Source: an uncultured Candidatus Peribacteria bacterium (lineage in GTDB: Bacteria; Patescibacteriota; Gracilibacteria; BD1-5; UBA6164). From it: 64,000 nt of DNA. This document shows, piece after piece, positions 9,067 to 21,433 of the stretch. The stretch's first letter is position 1. Each line of letters starts with the position of its first letter. The position numbers and the translations under genes are program-made. The notes below the pieces were generated by a model. That model was not told the DNA's origin and did not search any database. It was given only the letters and a program-made list of their open reading frames with translations. The stretch is from positions 16,717-80,716 of the forward strand of contig CAZGOC010000002.1 in NCBI GenBank assembly GCA_964527685.1. The letters are read 5' to 3'.

Positions 9067-12000
9067 CTACTCAACTATAAACTCCTCTCCCCTACTTCTA
9101 CCAAAAACTTCAGGATTATAAAACTCAAAAACTTGACTTGGTTTAATATTAAAATCTCAAGTGTGAGTTAATCTAATAGTATATGAATAATTATAAATTC
9201 AAGCTTGTAATTCTCTTACAAAACCAAAATACATATCATCTCTAAACTCTTTTCTATCTAAATATATATTTGTTGCAATATCTGTAACTTCTTTATTTTC
9301 AGTAGCAAGAGAAGTATTTACTATTTCACTTCAAGATGGAATAAATGATTCTAAAGCAACTTGATCTCTATCTTCATTTGTAACAACTTTATTGTAAACA
9401 AGTACCAAATCTCAAACTTTTCAAGTTTTAATTGGAGTTAAATATTCTACAACTTCTTTAGGATATTTTAACTCATCATAAATTATTTCTCAAGATAAAT
9501 ATTTAGAATATTCTTCATCTTTTAAAGCTTCAATTTTTTTGTATTCATTGAAAGAAAAATATTTTTTATCTACATAAAATCCCTCATCTCTAGCTTTTAA
9601 ATCAATAGTTGGAACAAAATACTTTAAATTTAAATCATAATAAATGCTTCAAGATCATTTTTTTGTAATATTAAAAATATTAATATTTTGTAAATCATTT
9701 GCCTCAATTGTTTTACTAAAGCTCTCAAATATATTTTCTTTATTAATTTTTTTTGTAATTATTTCTTCATTATTTAAGCTAAATCTAGTAAACATATCAG
9801 TATTTTTTAGTTCATTTGAAGCACTTAAATAAGTAGTTAAAGCTTTAATTATAAATAAATTATCATAAGTTGATCCAAAATTTCAATTTATTTTAGAAGA
9901 AGTTATAAATCTAATCATATTATCAACAATACTTTCACTATCTTTAAACTCTTTTAATCAAATATTTCAAATAATCTCTAAAAGAATCGTTGTATTATAA
10001 ACTCTTGAATTAGAACTTGCTGAAATAAAAGCTCATTTAGGACTAAAAATTAGTTCATTTGTTAAAATATTACTAACTTCTTTTACTCAATCACTTTTTA
10101 GATTATTTTTTTCTGTTTTAGTTAAAGAAGATATATTTAATAATTTTGAAGTTAATTTAGCTTTTTGCAATTTTGTTAATTTAGAAATATCTAAAGTTTT
10201 ATACATTTTAAATACTTCATAATCTTTGCTATCATAAGAATTTAAAGCTAAAAGTATTTCTTGCTTTAGTTCTAAACTTATACAATTATTAAAAACTTTT
10301 TCATTACAAATAGCTTTTTTATAAAATTCATTTTTTAAATAGTTTTTTGCATTATCTAACACTTTTTTATCTACATCGTATCAAAGTGATTTTATATCAG
10401 ACAATGAAGTTAAAATATAATTTGTAAGATGAATATCTGAAATTTTATATTTTGTATCATACCAATAAATAAATCATCAGTCAGTATTCCCAAATTTTTT
10501 AATTTCTATTAAATAATCTTTTATAGCTTCGTCTACAGATATTTCTTTATATCAAACATTATTGTCAATATATTTTTTTATCAGTTTTTTCTTTAAATCA
10601 AACTCTTTTCAACTCGTATTGTAAAGTTTTTTTATGTAAATATTTGGCATAATTGATGATGTTTTTTGTTCAGCATTTCAATAAGGATAATTAGCTAAAT
10701 AATCTATAGAATCAAATAAATAATTAAATAAAGTTCAAGCATAATTTATTGTTAATGTAGCATTTTTTTTATTAATATTTCATAAATTAATTTTTTCATC
10801 AAAACTAATATCACTTGTTTTTCAAACTGTAGAAGTATATTCTACAATTGTAGAATTATTAATTGGGATAATTTTTTTAATTGAATCAGATATAGTTTTG
10901 TCAGTTTTTGATTGTGCATTTATAATTATTGTAGAAATATCTTGAGATTTAAAATCATTTAATTTTTGTGTGTCAAAGCTAAATTCAACTTTAGAAGATT
11001 CTCAATTTTTTATAAAAATTGTTTTAGTATTAGATAATAATTTTCAATTTGTAGAAGAAATTTTTACAATAAATTCATCATCTTTCCCTGTTTTATTATA
11101 AATTACAGGAGTAAAAGTAATATTGTCATTTGTTGACAAAAATCTTGGTAAATTATCTTCTATCATAAGTGGATTTGTAGTCATTACAGTCAAGTAATTT
11201 ATTCAAATTTTATTATCATCAATAGTTGAAACTAAAGCTTCAAGCACCCAAGTAGTTAGATTATCAGGCATAACTGGTATAGTTATTATTGCTTTACCAG
11301 AAGTGTTTGTAGTAAAATCAGACAACCAAAAAGCTGTATCTTTAAAATTTCATCTTGGTTTTTTAGTTTCACCTCATTTAACTTGATCTCAAGCTCATCA
11401 TTTTTCTCAATCAGATACATCTTTTACTTCAAGTTTTTCTACTAAATATTTTAAATTTGAATAACTTATAACTCAAAGATATCTTTTCATATCATAAAAA
11501 AATGAGTATGGATTTTTTTTAGGATTTCATTTTAAAGCTAAAACACTTTCATCAACTACAGATAAACTTCAATTTGCATTTGGAACTACTTTTCAATTAT
11601 TATCAGTTACTTCAACTGTAACTTGCATTTTATCTCAAGGTTTATAGTTTTTTTTGTCAGTTAAAATAGTTACATTTAATTTTTTATAATCAGTTAACAC
11701 TTTTACAACAGATAATGCTCTTTTAAACACAGGAAGTGGATTATTTTTTTCACTTCAAATTAAATAAGCTTTTAAATAAACATTTGGATAGTGATTGTTT
11801 GTTAATTTTAATTCAATTTTATCTCAATAAGATTTGATATCATGCACAAAATAATCAAGTATTCAGTCATCTTTTTCAACAACAATCAAAGCTTTTCAAT
11901 TATTTATTGGAGATTTTAAAACAAAAGTTGCTGTTTCTCAAAGTTTGTATGTTATTTTATCTGACTCTAAATCAGTAACAGTATTATTATCATTTCACCA

Positions 12001-15000
12001 TGAAATATAGTCTTTTCATGCTACATAAACGATTTGACTTGAAGTAAAAGTTTTTTTATTTAATCATGTATAACTTACTTTTAGTTCATATTCTCAATCC
12101 CCTAAAGTTTTTGTGTTATATTGTACTTGTCATTTATCATCAGTTAATAAATTAAATGATTTTTCAAGTTTATCTTCTACAGCATATTCATTATAAAAAA
12201 CTCCATCAACTCAAAGTTTTTTAACTTGTTTGTATTCTTTTTTAATTACTTCAACTTTTATATTTTTATAAAAAACTGGTTTAGCATCATAGTCTAGTGT
12301 TATTGCTTGAAAATTAATTCCATCACTTTTAGAATTATAATAATTAGCTTTTAATCAAACATAAGAGTCAGTAGTATGAAGAACTTTAGAAACACTATTA
12401 TTTACTGTTTTTGAAGTATCTCTATCTTTTACTTCAAAATTAAATGTGTAAATTTTTTCTAAATTCTCAACTTTATCTCAAAAAGTATGTTCTAAATTAA
12501 ATTCTCAATTTTCATCAATTTTAAAATCTATATTTCAAGAATTTAATTTATCTCAGTAGTTACAATACCCCCAATAAATACAATCAAAATAATTACTTCA
12601 TTCACCAAATTGATAATCTGAATACTCCTTACCATCAAAAAAATAATTTTGACTTAATATAGAATAATTTCATGAAGTATTTATCATTTTTCAACCAAAA
12701 TAATATTTTGGAGTAATTTTAAAATTTACTTTTTCTCAAGATAACACATCATTTTTAGAGCTTTCAACCTCAACTTTAAAAGAAGGTTTTCTATAAGCCT
12801 CTATACTTAATCATCAATTTGTATAAACTTCAAAATCATATTCATTTCAAGGTATTTTATAAGTAAATTGAAATCTAAAATCTCATAAAGTAGAATCTTT
12901 TGGTATAACAAAACTTCAAGTAAAATTTGAATTTTTATCTACTTTAATATCAAGTGTTCTATAAGTTTGCCAATCCTCACCAATAAGTTTTAAAACTCAT
13001 GATGTTATTTTTGATTTTTTATATCAGTCAAAGTTAAATTCTCTTAAAAGTCATTTAATTTGTACTTCATCTCAAGGTCTATAAATAGGTCTATCTGAAT
13101 AAATATAAGCATAATTTTTTATAGAACTATCTTGTCCAGAAATATATTTAAAATCATAATTTGAAAAAAAATCATCTTGAGAAATAAGAGCAAAATATTT
13201 ATCATTTTTTACTAAAATATAACTAATTGCATTTAAATCAGAATCAATTACATAAACTTTTTTTGTTTTATCATAACTATATTTAACAGTTGTTTTTTTA
13301 TAATCAAAGTCATAAAATTCAAATTCTAAATTTGGAACTTCTATATTTTTTTCTAAATCTGTCACATAAGCAAGAGATTTATTTGATGCTTTTTCTAAAA
13401 ATACACTTAAATTAGTTCTAACTATTAAGTTTTTTGAATAATTTTTTGATTTTGATTTATCTAAAGAAGAATAAACTTCAATTCAAATATATTTAGATTT
13501 TGATTTATATCATAAAATATCATCTTCTAAATCAAATTTATTATGTGTAAGTTTCCAATACACAAGCTTTGTTTCTAGCTCTTTAGAAACTTTTTTTCAA
13601 CAAGAAAAATCTCCATATGGTGATTTTAAATATGTTTTATAATCCAAATCATTCATTTCACATACTTCCACCCAAACTTTTTTAGTATTAATAGTTTGAA
13701 TATTAACAACAACTGGAACTGAAGTTGGAAAAACATTTGTATTATTTGCAAATGATGTATAAACATATTTATCAGACTCTTTTAAATCAGTTGTTTTATA
13801 AGAATTTTTAAATATAGTTTTTTGAGTATTTCAATAAATATCTTTTAGTCAAGCAATATTTAAATCATATCACATATTTGGAGATAATCTTGTTTCTATA
13901 GCATATAAAATCTCTCAAGTAGAAGAGTTTGGACAATATCATTTTTCAAGTAATTTTTTATTTTTTTCTTCAAAACTTAAATCATTTAATGATTCTTCAA
14001 ATTGCCAATCCTCAATATATTGTCACTCTGAAACTGATTTTATAATTCAAGAATTTGAAAAAGTAATAAACTTTTCTCATCAAGAATAATACCCTAGATC
14101 CCAAGAGTTTAGTGATTCATTAGTTAATTCATCTAAAGTATTATTTACATATAAACAAGATTTTGAATAATCTAAAAATTTAAAATTTGTTATTTGTAAA
14201 TCTTTTGATGTTTTGTAAGTATAAACTATATCTTTAACTAAAGATATGTTTGCTTTTTTTAATAATATTAAACTATAACTTGAGTTATTTTCTAGTTTTT
14301 CTTTTAAATCCAAACGAATTTTTGTTTTATTTTCAAATATTTCTTTTTTTTGTTTTTCCTCTTTTTCTTCTTTTATATATGCTATATCAAAATCTATTTT
14401 TGCTCAAGTTTTATCATTTTTAAATAAAAACATTTCTTTATTTAAAGCAACTTCTTCAAAGAAATTTAAATTAAAAAATATATTATTATTAGGAATAAAT
14501 TCTAAATAAGTCATATTTTTTGTATCAATTAAAGTTCAAGAACTTGAATAGATATTTTTATAAATAAAAATATCAGATATTAAAGATGTAGTTTTAATAC
14601 TTTTAACAAATTCATTTTTAAGTGAAATATTTCAATATTTTGGCTTTAATCAAGCATTAATTTTTACCTTATAATCAGTGTCATAATTAAATTCTCAAGT
14701 TAAAGGTTTAATTAAAAAAGAATTTTCTAAATTTTTTACACTTTCAATTTTTATTTTAAATTCATCAAGTTTTGAATTTAAATTATTTGAGTTTGGAGTA
14801 AAAACTTTTAAATTTTTAGTTATTTCTTCAAGTGAAACTGGGTAATTAAAACTTAAGTTTATATAATTTTTTGGTGTAAAACTATCATTTAAATTTACTT
14901 GTAATTCAGGAGTTGTAAAACTTCAAGTAAAATCATTTTCTAGTTTATAATTCATTCAAGATGAATTTGTGATTTTATAATCATATTTTGTAGCTCAAGC

Positions 15001-15663
15001 AAATGATTTTTTAGGTATAAATTCTAAAACTGAAGTTGTAGTCCAACTACATTTTCAATCAATTTTTGGAGTAATTTCAAGTGGGCAAGAAAAACTATCT
15101 TTTGATTCTAAATCACTTAAACTCACCATTGGAAGACTAAAAAATACTGATAAGTTTTTATTTAAATCAACCAAATTATTTTCTGGCAAAACTTTAACAA
15201 TATTTGCTCAAGCAAAAGCTGAAACTATATAAATAATATCATTATCTAAAGTTTTTCAATTAAATGATTTTATTGATTTTGATAGTGTTATAGTATAATC
15301 TTGTCCTATTTTCAATTTATCACTAAGTTGATAACTTAAAGTATTACCATCTTTTAGTTTTAAAATTCCTGGTACTTTGGGATTAATTTTAAAACTATTT
15401 TTTATTATACTATTTTCATCTAATTTTTTAGAAAATGAAATATCTATTGATGCAGTATTGTATGGAATTTTTTTTATTCAAAAATCAAAATTTCATCCAC
15501 TAACTTCAAATATAGAAAAATTTTGTGATATTAAATTATTAACTTTATCTTTATTTAAATAATATATTCAAGAAAAAATAATTATAAAAATAACTCAAAA
15601 ACAAATATTAAAAATAGCTTTATTTTTAACATAAAGTAAAAGTATACTTTGTTTTAATTTCAT
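9067..15663 (-). CDS. Bacterial alpha-2-macroglobulin family protein (2198 aa), membrane anchored, thioester Cys absent
   Basis: ATG (rc) at 15661-15663 and TAG at 9067-9069 are in the same frame (6597 nt). Track ORFs 10087-10362, 13072-13365 and 14080-14313 are all in that frame. Motifs: FKDTAFW, MPDNLTTWVLEAL, and LANYPYGNAEQKTSSIMP (canonical PYGCxEQ with Cys replaced by Asn). N-terminal hydrophobic anchor. I did not check every codon across the 6.6 kb. Confidence 0.85.
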
Positions 15664-15764
15664 AAAATTAGTCATAATTTAGTATATTATTAATAATAAT
15701 CTCTAATTATTATATATTTTTATATAAAATTACAAATAAAATAGCTATTTAAAAAAAATCAAAA

Positions 15765-15790
15765 AAAAAAGTAGAAAAATCTACTTTTTT
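15765..15790 (-). terminator. Terminator after pilT
   Basis: aaaaaagtag-aaaaat-ctactttttt directly 3' of the pilT stop. The stem is short and AT-rich. Confidence 0.5.
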
Positions 15791-16833
15791 TACATATCAT
15801 CCATAAAATAATTTATATAATCTTCTTCTTTTACAATTCATTTGTCTCTCAAATTATCAGCATAATTTTTCATAGTAATCATTCATTCTGATTGTCACAT
15901 TTCAATTGCATTGTTTATTTGAACCAAATCTCAAGCACGAATTAAATTTCTTATTCAAGGAGTCATCATCATTACTTCAAATATTCAAACTCTTCATCAT
16001 CATATTTTTGGTATAAGTCTTTGAGATAAAACTCAAAATAATATATCTCATAATTTATATCTAAATGAATGTTGTAATTCTGGATGGAAAAAATTTACAA
16101 GTCTTGTTATAGTTTGCACAGAACCTGCAGTATGCAATGTTGAAATAACAAGGTGTCAAGTTTCAGCAAGTTCTACTGCAGCTTCTACAGTTTCTTTATC
16201 TCTCATCTCTCATACCATAACAATATCTGGGTCTTCTCTCATTGCAGCTCTTAGTGCTGATGAAAATGAACGAGTATCTTTTCAAACTTCTCTTTGAGAA
16301 AAAATAGATAAATTATCTTTAAAAATAAACTCTGTTGGATCTTCAATAGTAATTATATGTTCTCTTCTTGTTTTATTTATAGCATCAAGTACTGAAATCA
16401 TTGAAGTTGATTTTCAAGATCAAGTTGGTCAAGTGACAAGTATAAGTCATCATTTTGCTTTTGTAAATTTTGAAACTCATCTAGGTAACCCTAATTCTTC
16501 AATACTTTTTGGTTCTGAAGCTATTTTTCTCAAAACAAATGCTATTTTTCATAGTTTATAAAAAGCATTTACTCTAAAAGGAGTTCAGTCAGTATGAATA
16601 TAAGCAAAATCAGCATCTCTTTTCTCAAAAAATTCTTTTACTGCTTCTTTATTGTCATTTAACAATTCAAGTAAAATTTGTTTTGCTTTTAGTGTATCAA
16701 GAGGAGTTCATGATACTTTTCAAAGTTCTCCATGAACTCTAAATCATATATTTTCTCATTCTGACATATGTATATCAGATGCTCAAATCTTTATACAATG
16801 ATCTAATATTGGTCGTACAGTTAAATTTGCCAT
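15790..16833 (-). CDS. pilT: Type IV pilus retraction ATPase PilT
   Basis: 347 aa: ..IKIGASDIHM.., Walker A LILVTGPTGSGKSTS (three of the Gly are TGA, about 16406-16437), IITIEDPTEF, ALRAAMREDPDIVMVGEMRD, TGHLVISTLHT. Confidence 0.9.
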
Positions 16834-16853
16834 AGATTATTATTTTAATATTA

Positions 16854-17633
16854 TTATTTAATTTTACCTAATTTATGTTCTCTTGTTCTTGTTGAATCAG
16901 TTTCTAAAACACTTTTTTTCATTTTATCAATATTTGCTATATCTAAATCTAATGCTCCATCTTCAATTTCTAAATCTTTTATATCTTTTTTTAAAGAAGT
17001 TAATTCTTCTTTTAATTTTGCAATTTTTTCATCTAAACTAGAAACTTCTCCTTCTTTTTTTAATTTAATTTTAGAAATAAAATCTTTTCTTTGTTGTATT
17101 TTAGAAATAGTTTCATCAAGTATTGAATTTCTATCAAAAATTTTTTCTTCTTTACTTTCAATAACTTCTTCTTTTATTTCCTCTTTACTTTCAACAAAAG
17201 TAGTTAAATTACTTAAAGTAGTTTCTTCTTTAGCTTGTGTTAAATCAAATAAATCTTCTTGTTTTTCTTCTTGCTTTAAATCTTCTACTATTTCTTCTTT
17301 TTTTAAATCTTCAAGTACTAAATCAGTTTTTTCTTCTGTTATAGAACTATCTCAAAATCAAAAATCTATATCAAGTGTATTATTGTCTTCTACTAATTCA
17401 GTATCTACTAAAGATATTTCTTCTTTTTTTTCAGTTTCTACTTCATTTCATCAAACTAAATCAAATCATCCAAAATCAAAGCTAACTTCATCTACTTTAG
17501 GAGTATCTACAATTTCTAAAGATTTTTCTACATTTGAAGTTTCTGCACTTCAAGCAAAGTCAAAATCAATTATATCATTATCTGTATCTCAAATAATTAA
17601 TAAATCTTCTTCTGTTTGTATTGTTGTTGTCAT
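16854..17633 (-). CDS. Acidic coiled-coil protein with N-terminal FDFGG-type repeats
   Basis: 259 aa; start and stop frames agree. The N-terminal third has IIDFDFAGS, VSFDFGGFDLVGG and LDIDFGFGDSS. The C-terminal half is E/K-rich heptad-like sequence. It ends 20 nt upstream of pilT on the same strand. Confidence 0.6.
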
Positions 17634-17781
17634 ATATAAAATAAATAAAAATATAAAATACAAAAGTATTGTATCATATAAAAAAAATATTTGCAAAAAA
17701 AAAGCAAAAAAATATAATCTTGACTGCAAATAATATAAATATATTATTTTTACTTTATAAAATAATTAAAAAATATAGATT

Positions 17782-18111
17782 ATGGACATGTCAAAAATGT
17801 GAGAATTAATGAAACTTCAACAAGAAGCAATGAAAATTAAAAAAGAGCTTGAAAATACTATAATTGAAGCAGAAGTAAATTGACTTGTTATTTCAGTAAA
17901 TTGAGAAATGAAAGTTGAAAAAACAGATTTTGAAACAAATACTTTAATTCCTGGATTATCAGATAGTCAAAAAAAGGCTTTAGAAGAAGCTATAACTCAG
18001 GCTATAAATAAATGAACTAAAAGGGCTCAAGAAGTAGCTGCTGAAAAAATGCAATGAGTTATGTCACAAATGTGATTAAATATTCCTGCCTGATGATTAC
18101 CTCCAATGTAA
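17782..18111 (+). CDS. ybaB: YbaB/EbfC family nucleoid-associated protein
   Basis: 109 aa: MDMSKMGELMKLQQEAMKIKKELENTIIEAEVNGLVISVNGEMKVEKTDF.. has the typical YbaB layout. Confidence 0.8.
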
Positions 18112-18120
18112 TTTTTTAAA

Positions 18121-18154
18121 AAAAAAGCTAGAAAAAAAATTTTTTAGCTTTTTT
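18121..18154. terminator. Bidirectional terminator between ybaB and the ABC ATPase gene
   Basis: aaaaaagcta-gaaaaaaaattttt-tagctttttt. Confidence 0.55.
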
Positions 18155-18834
18155 TATATGTGATAACTTCATTTTTCCTCATCTAAATATATTTTTTTAT
18201 CTTTAAAAGAGATAACTCTTTTTTTATAACTATCAACTATATTTTTATCATGAGTTGCTATTATAATAGTTTTTCAAAGTCTATTTAATTCTTCAAATAT
18301 TTCCATAATAGTTAATGCAGTTTTTGGATCTAGATTTCAAGTTGGCTCATCTCAAATAATTATTTCAGGATTATGAACTAAAGCTCTAGCTATAGAAACT
18401 CTTTGTTTTTCCCCTCCTGATAATTCAGATGCAAATCTATCTTTTTTTAATAATAATCAAGTTGCTTCAAGTACTTCTGGAATTTTTTTTATAATTTCAC
18501 TATCTTTATAATTACAAACTTCCATCGCAAAAGCTACATTTTCATAAACAGTCTTTGATTCAAGTAATTTATAATCTTGAAAAATAACTCATATTTTTTT
18601 TCTATATTGTCTTAAATTTTTTTCATTTAAATTTTTATATAAATAACTTCAATCATCAAGTATTATATCTCAATTTTCTGGTTTAAAATCTCCTATCAAA
18701 CTTCTAATAAGTGATGTTTTTCAACTTCAACTATATCATATTATAAATACAAATTCTTGTTTTTTTATCTCAAGATTTACTTTATCTAAAACTTTTTTAT
18801 TTCAAAAACTTAAAGTTAGATTATCTATTTTCAT
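18154..18834 (-). CDS. ABC transporter ATP-binding protein, FtsE-like
   Basis: 226 aa: Walker A GYSGSGKTS, signature [15 protein letters not shown], Walker B IIIGDEPTGNLDP, H-loop ATHD. No ftsX-like permease gene is adjacent. Confidence 0.8.
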
Positions 18835-18955
18835 AAATATTTTTTGTTATTTTTTTAATTAAAAATAAGTATATTAATTTTTAAAAATTATCAAAATAAA
18901 TTAATTAATAAAAACTTTTGACTTATGATTTAAAATAATTAATATAAGTTTACTA

Positions 18956-18974
18956 AATGAGAATTATTCTCATT
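18956..18974. promoter_or_regulatory. Fur/PerR-family-type operator (9-1-9 perfect palindrome)
   Basis: AATGAGAAT-T-ATTCTCATT. Its core TGAGAAT-N-ATTCTCA has the 7-1-7 Fur-family architecture. It lies 24 nt upstream of the peroxiredoxin ATG, downstream of a TTGACT (18918-18923) -35-like hexamer. Confidence 0.5.
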
Positions 18975-18997
18975 ATAATATTATTAATTATAAAAAT

Positions 18998-19606
18998 ATG
19001 GAAGAATTAAATTATTACAATATTGCTAAAATAGACTCTCCTGCTCCTTTATTTGATTTACCAGCTTATGATCCAATAAAAGATGATGAAACTAGAGTTA
19101 ATTTAGAAGATTTAAAAGGAAAATGGACAGTATTATTTTACTATCCAGCTGATTTTACTTTTGTTTGTCCAACTGAATTAAAAGATATGGCGGATGCTAA
19201 AGCAAAATTTGATGAATTAGGAGTAACTGTACTTTCTGCTTCAACTGATACTGTATTTTCTCATAGAGCTTGGGTTAAACATGAAAAATTAATGCAAAAT
19301 TTCCCATATACTATGCTAGCAGATCATGCTTTAAATGTTGCTGATATGTATAATATACTTGATGAAGAGACTTGAATAGCTTGAAGATGAACTTTTATAA
19401 TAGATCCAGAATTAATTATTAGATGAATAGAAGTTACTTCATGACCTTTATGAAGAAATAGTGATGAATTAATTAGAAAAATTGAGGCTTTACAATTTAT
19501 GAATAAAAATCCTTGAACTGCTTGTCCTGCAAAATGGGCTATTTGAGCAAAAACTCTAAATCCTTCAATAAAAATAGCTTGAGAAGTTTATGAAGCTTTA
19601 AATTAA
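18998..19606 (+). CDS. ahpC: Typical 2-Cys peroxiredoxin (AhpC/Prx1 family)
   Basis: Track ORF 18998-19375 extended through TGA codons to 202 aa. Peroxidatic site FYYPADFTFVCPTE; resolving Cys in ..NPGTACPAKW... Confidence 0.9.
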
Positions 19607-19622
19607 AAATATTTATTTACAA

Positions 19623-19650
19623 AAAAAATCTTGCAAATGCAAGATTTTTT
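19623..19650 (+). terminator. Terminator after the peroxiredoxin gene
   Basis: aaaaaatcttgca-aa-tgcaagatttttt followed by a T-rich tract. Confidence 0.7.
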
Positions 19651-19709
19651 CTTTACTTTTTTTAAAAAAAGTATATAAACTTTCTTAACTTTATACTTTT
19701 TAAAATATT

Positions 19710-21389
19710 ATGGAAAAATTAGTTTATAAATTAGCATTTGTAATAATACTTTTTGTTGCAACAATATACTATGCTATACCTTGGAATATTTACAATATAA
19801 ATATGCCTTTCTCTTGAAATGAATACAGACTTTGACTTGATTTACAAGGATGAGTTGAGCTTGATTATAAAATAGATTTATCACAAGTTCAAAATGAAGA
19901 ATGATACAATTTACAAAAAGAAAAAAGTATTATTGAATGATTAAAATCAATAGTTGACAAAAGAATTGAAAGTTTAAAAATAAATGATTCAGTTATAACA
20001 ACAGCAACTTATTGAAATGAAAAACATATAATTGTTCAAATTCCTCTAAAATGAAGTAATAAAGAGGAAAATGATGCAAATATAAAAAGAGCTAAAGATG
20101 CTATTTGAAAAGTAATGAAGATTGAATTTAAAGAACAAAGGAAAGAAATAACTCAAAAAGATTTAGAAGAAAGAAAAACTTTAGCAGATAATTTTTTAAA
20201 AGAAGTTAAATCTAGTGAATACAATTTCTGAGTAAATTCAACTATTTTTAAAGATAATAATGAAAATATAAATATTTGAAGTTTAACTTGAACTACTGAA
20301 ACTTTAAAAAATTATTTTAACTTAGATACAACTAACTTAAAAACTTGAGTTTATAATGAAGTACTTACTTGAACTTGACTTAGTTCTATATGAATTTCTA
20401 ACTGAGAATTAACTACAACTCAAGATAAATGATATTGGATAATTGATGTAAAATCAAACTCTTGAAGTTTAATTGATTTTAATTATGCATTTGTTTCTTG
20501 ACAACCATCAGAATGGATGCCTGCAAAAGATTCAAAATGAAGAATTTTAAATGAAAAAAACTTTATTTCATCAGCAGTTCAATACAATCAAGCATTTCAA
20601 CCAATGATAGAACTTACTTTTAACAATGAATGAGCTGAAGTATTTTGAGAATTAACAAAAAGACTTAAATGATCTCCTATTGCAATATTTGTTTGATGAG
20701 ATTTGCTTACTTCTCCAACTGTTAATGATACTATTTTAACTTGAAAAGCAGTTATTACTTGATCATACACACCAAAAGAAGCAGTAAAACTTTCAAATGA
20801 TATAAATACTTGAGTTGTTCCAGCTCCAATTTATTTAACTTCAGAAAGAACTATAGACTCAAAACTATGAGCTAATTCTTTAATTCAATTAATAAATGCT
20901 TGAATTTGGTGATTTATTGCTATAATTATATTTTTAGTATTAATATATAGAGTTTGAGGATTACTTGCTTGAATTTCATTATTTATATATATAACTTTAA
21001 TGCTTGCTATAATAAAATTATTTTCAATAGTTTTAACTCTAGCTTGAATTGCTTGATTTATATTATCAGTTTGAATGGCTATTGATGCAAATGTTTTAAT
21101 TTTTGAGAGATTAAAAGAAGCATTGTCTGAATGAAAAAAAACAAGTGAAGCTATAAAAGAATGATTTGATAAATCTTTTTCTGCAATATGGGATTCAAAT
21201 ATTACTTGAATTATAGTTTCAATTATATTATTTATATTTGGTATAAATATGATTAAATGATTTTGATTAATGGTTTTAATTTGACTTATAGTTTCATTAT
21301 TTACTGCATTATTTATATCTAAATTATTTATATCAATTTATTCAAGAAAGAAAGATTTAAATTTAAAAGTATTTTTAGGAATAAAATAA
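19710..21389 (+). CDS. secD: Protein translocase subunit SecD
   Basis: 559 aa. LGLDLQGGVEL and ..SVGMAIDANVLIFERLKEA.. were verified in frame by coordinate. There is no secF immediately downstream. Confidence 0.85.
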
Positions 21390-21401
21390 AAAAAAATACA
21401 T

Positions 21402-21433
21402 AAAGAGAGATTAGCTTAAAACTAATCTCTTTT
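21402..21433. terminator. Bidirectional terminator (secD / murC)
   Basis: aaagagagattag-cttaaaa-ctaatctcttttt. The murC stop lies inside the right arm. Confidence 0.75.

Noticed and set aside
17383-17733. Track ORF 17383-17733 (+), 116 aa, Ser-rich.
   Set aside because: It is antisense to the acidic coiled-coil gene 16854-17633. The low-complexity mirror of GAA/GAT-rich coding sequence gives the open frame, and it has no start context or homology.
18154-18834. Calling this ATPase ftsE of a cell-division ftsEX pair.
   Set aside because: The sequence is FtsE-like, but no ftsX-like permease is adjacent, so I make only the generic ABC ATPase call.
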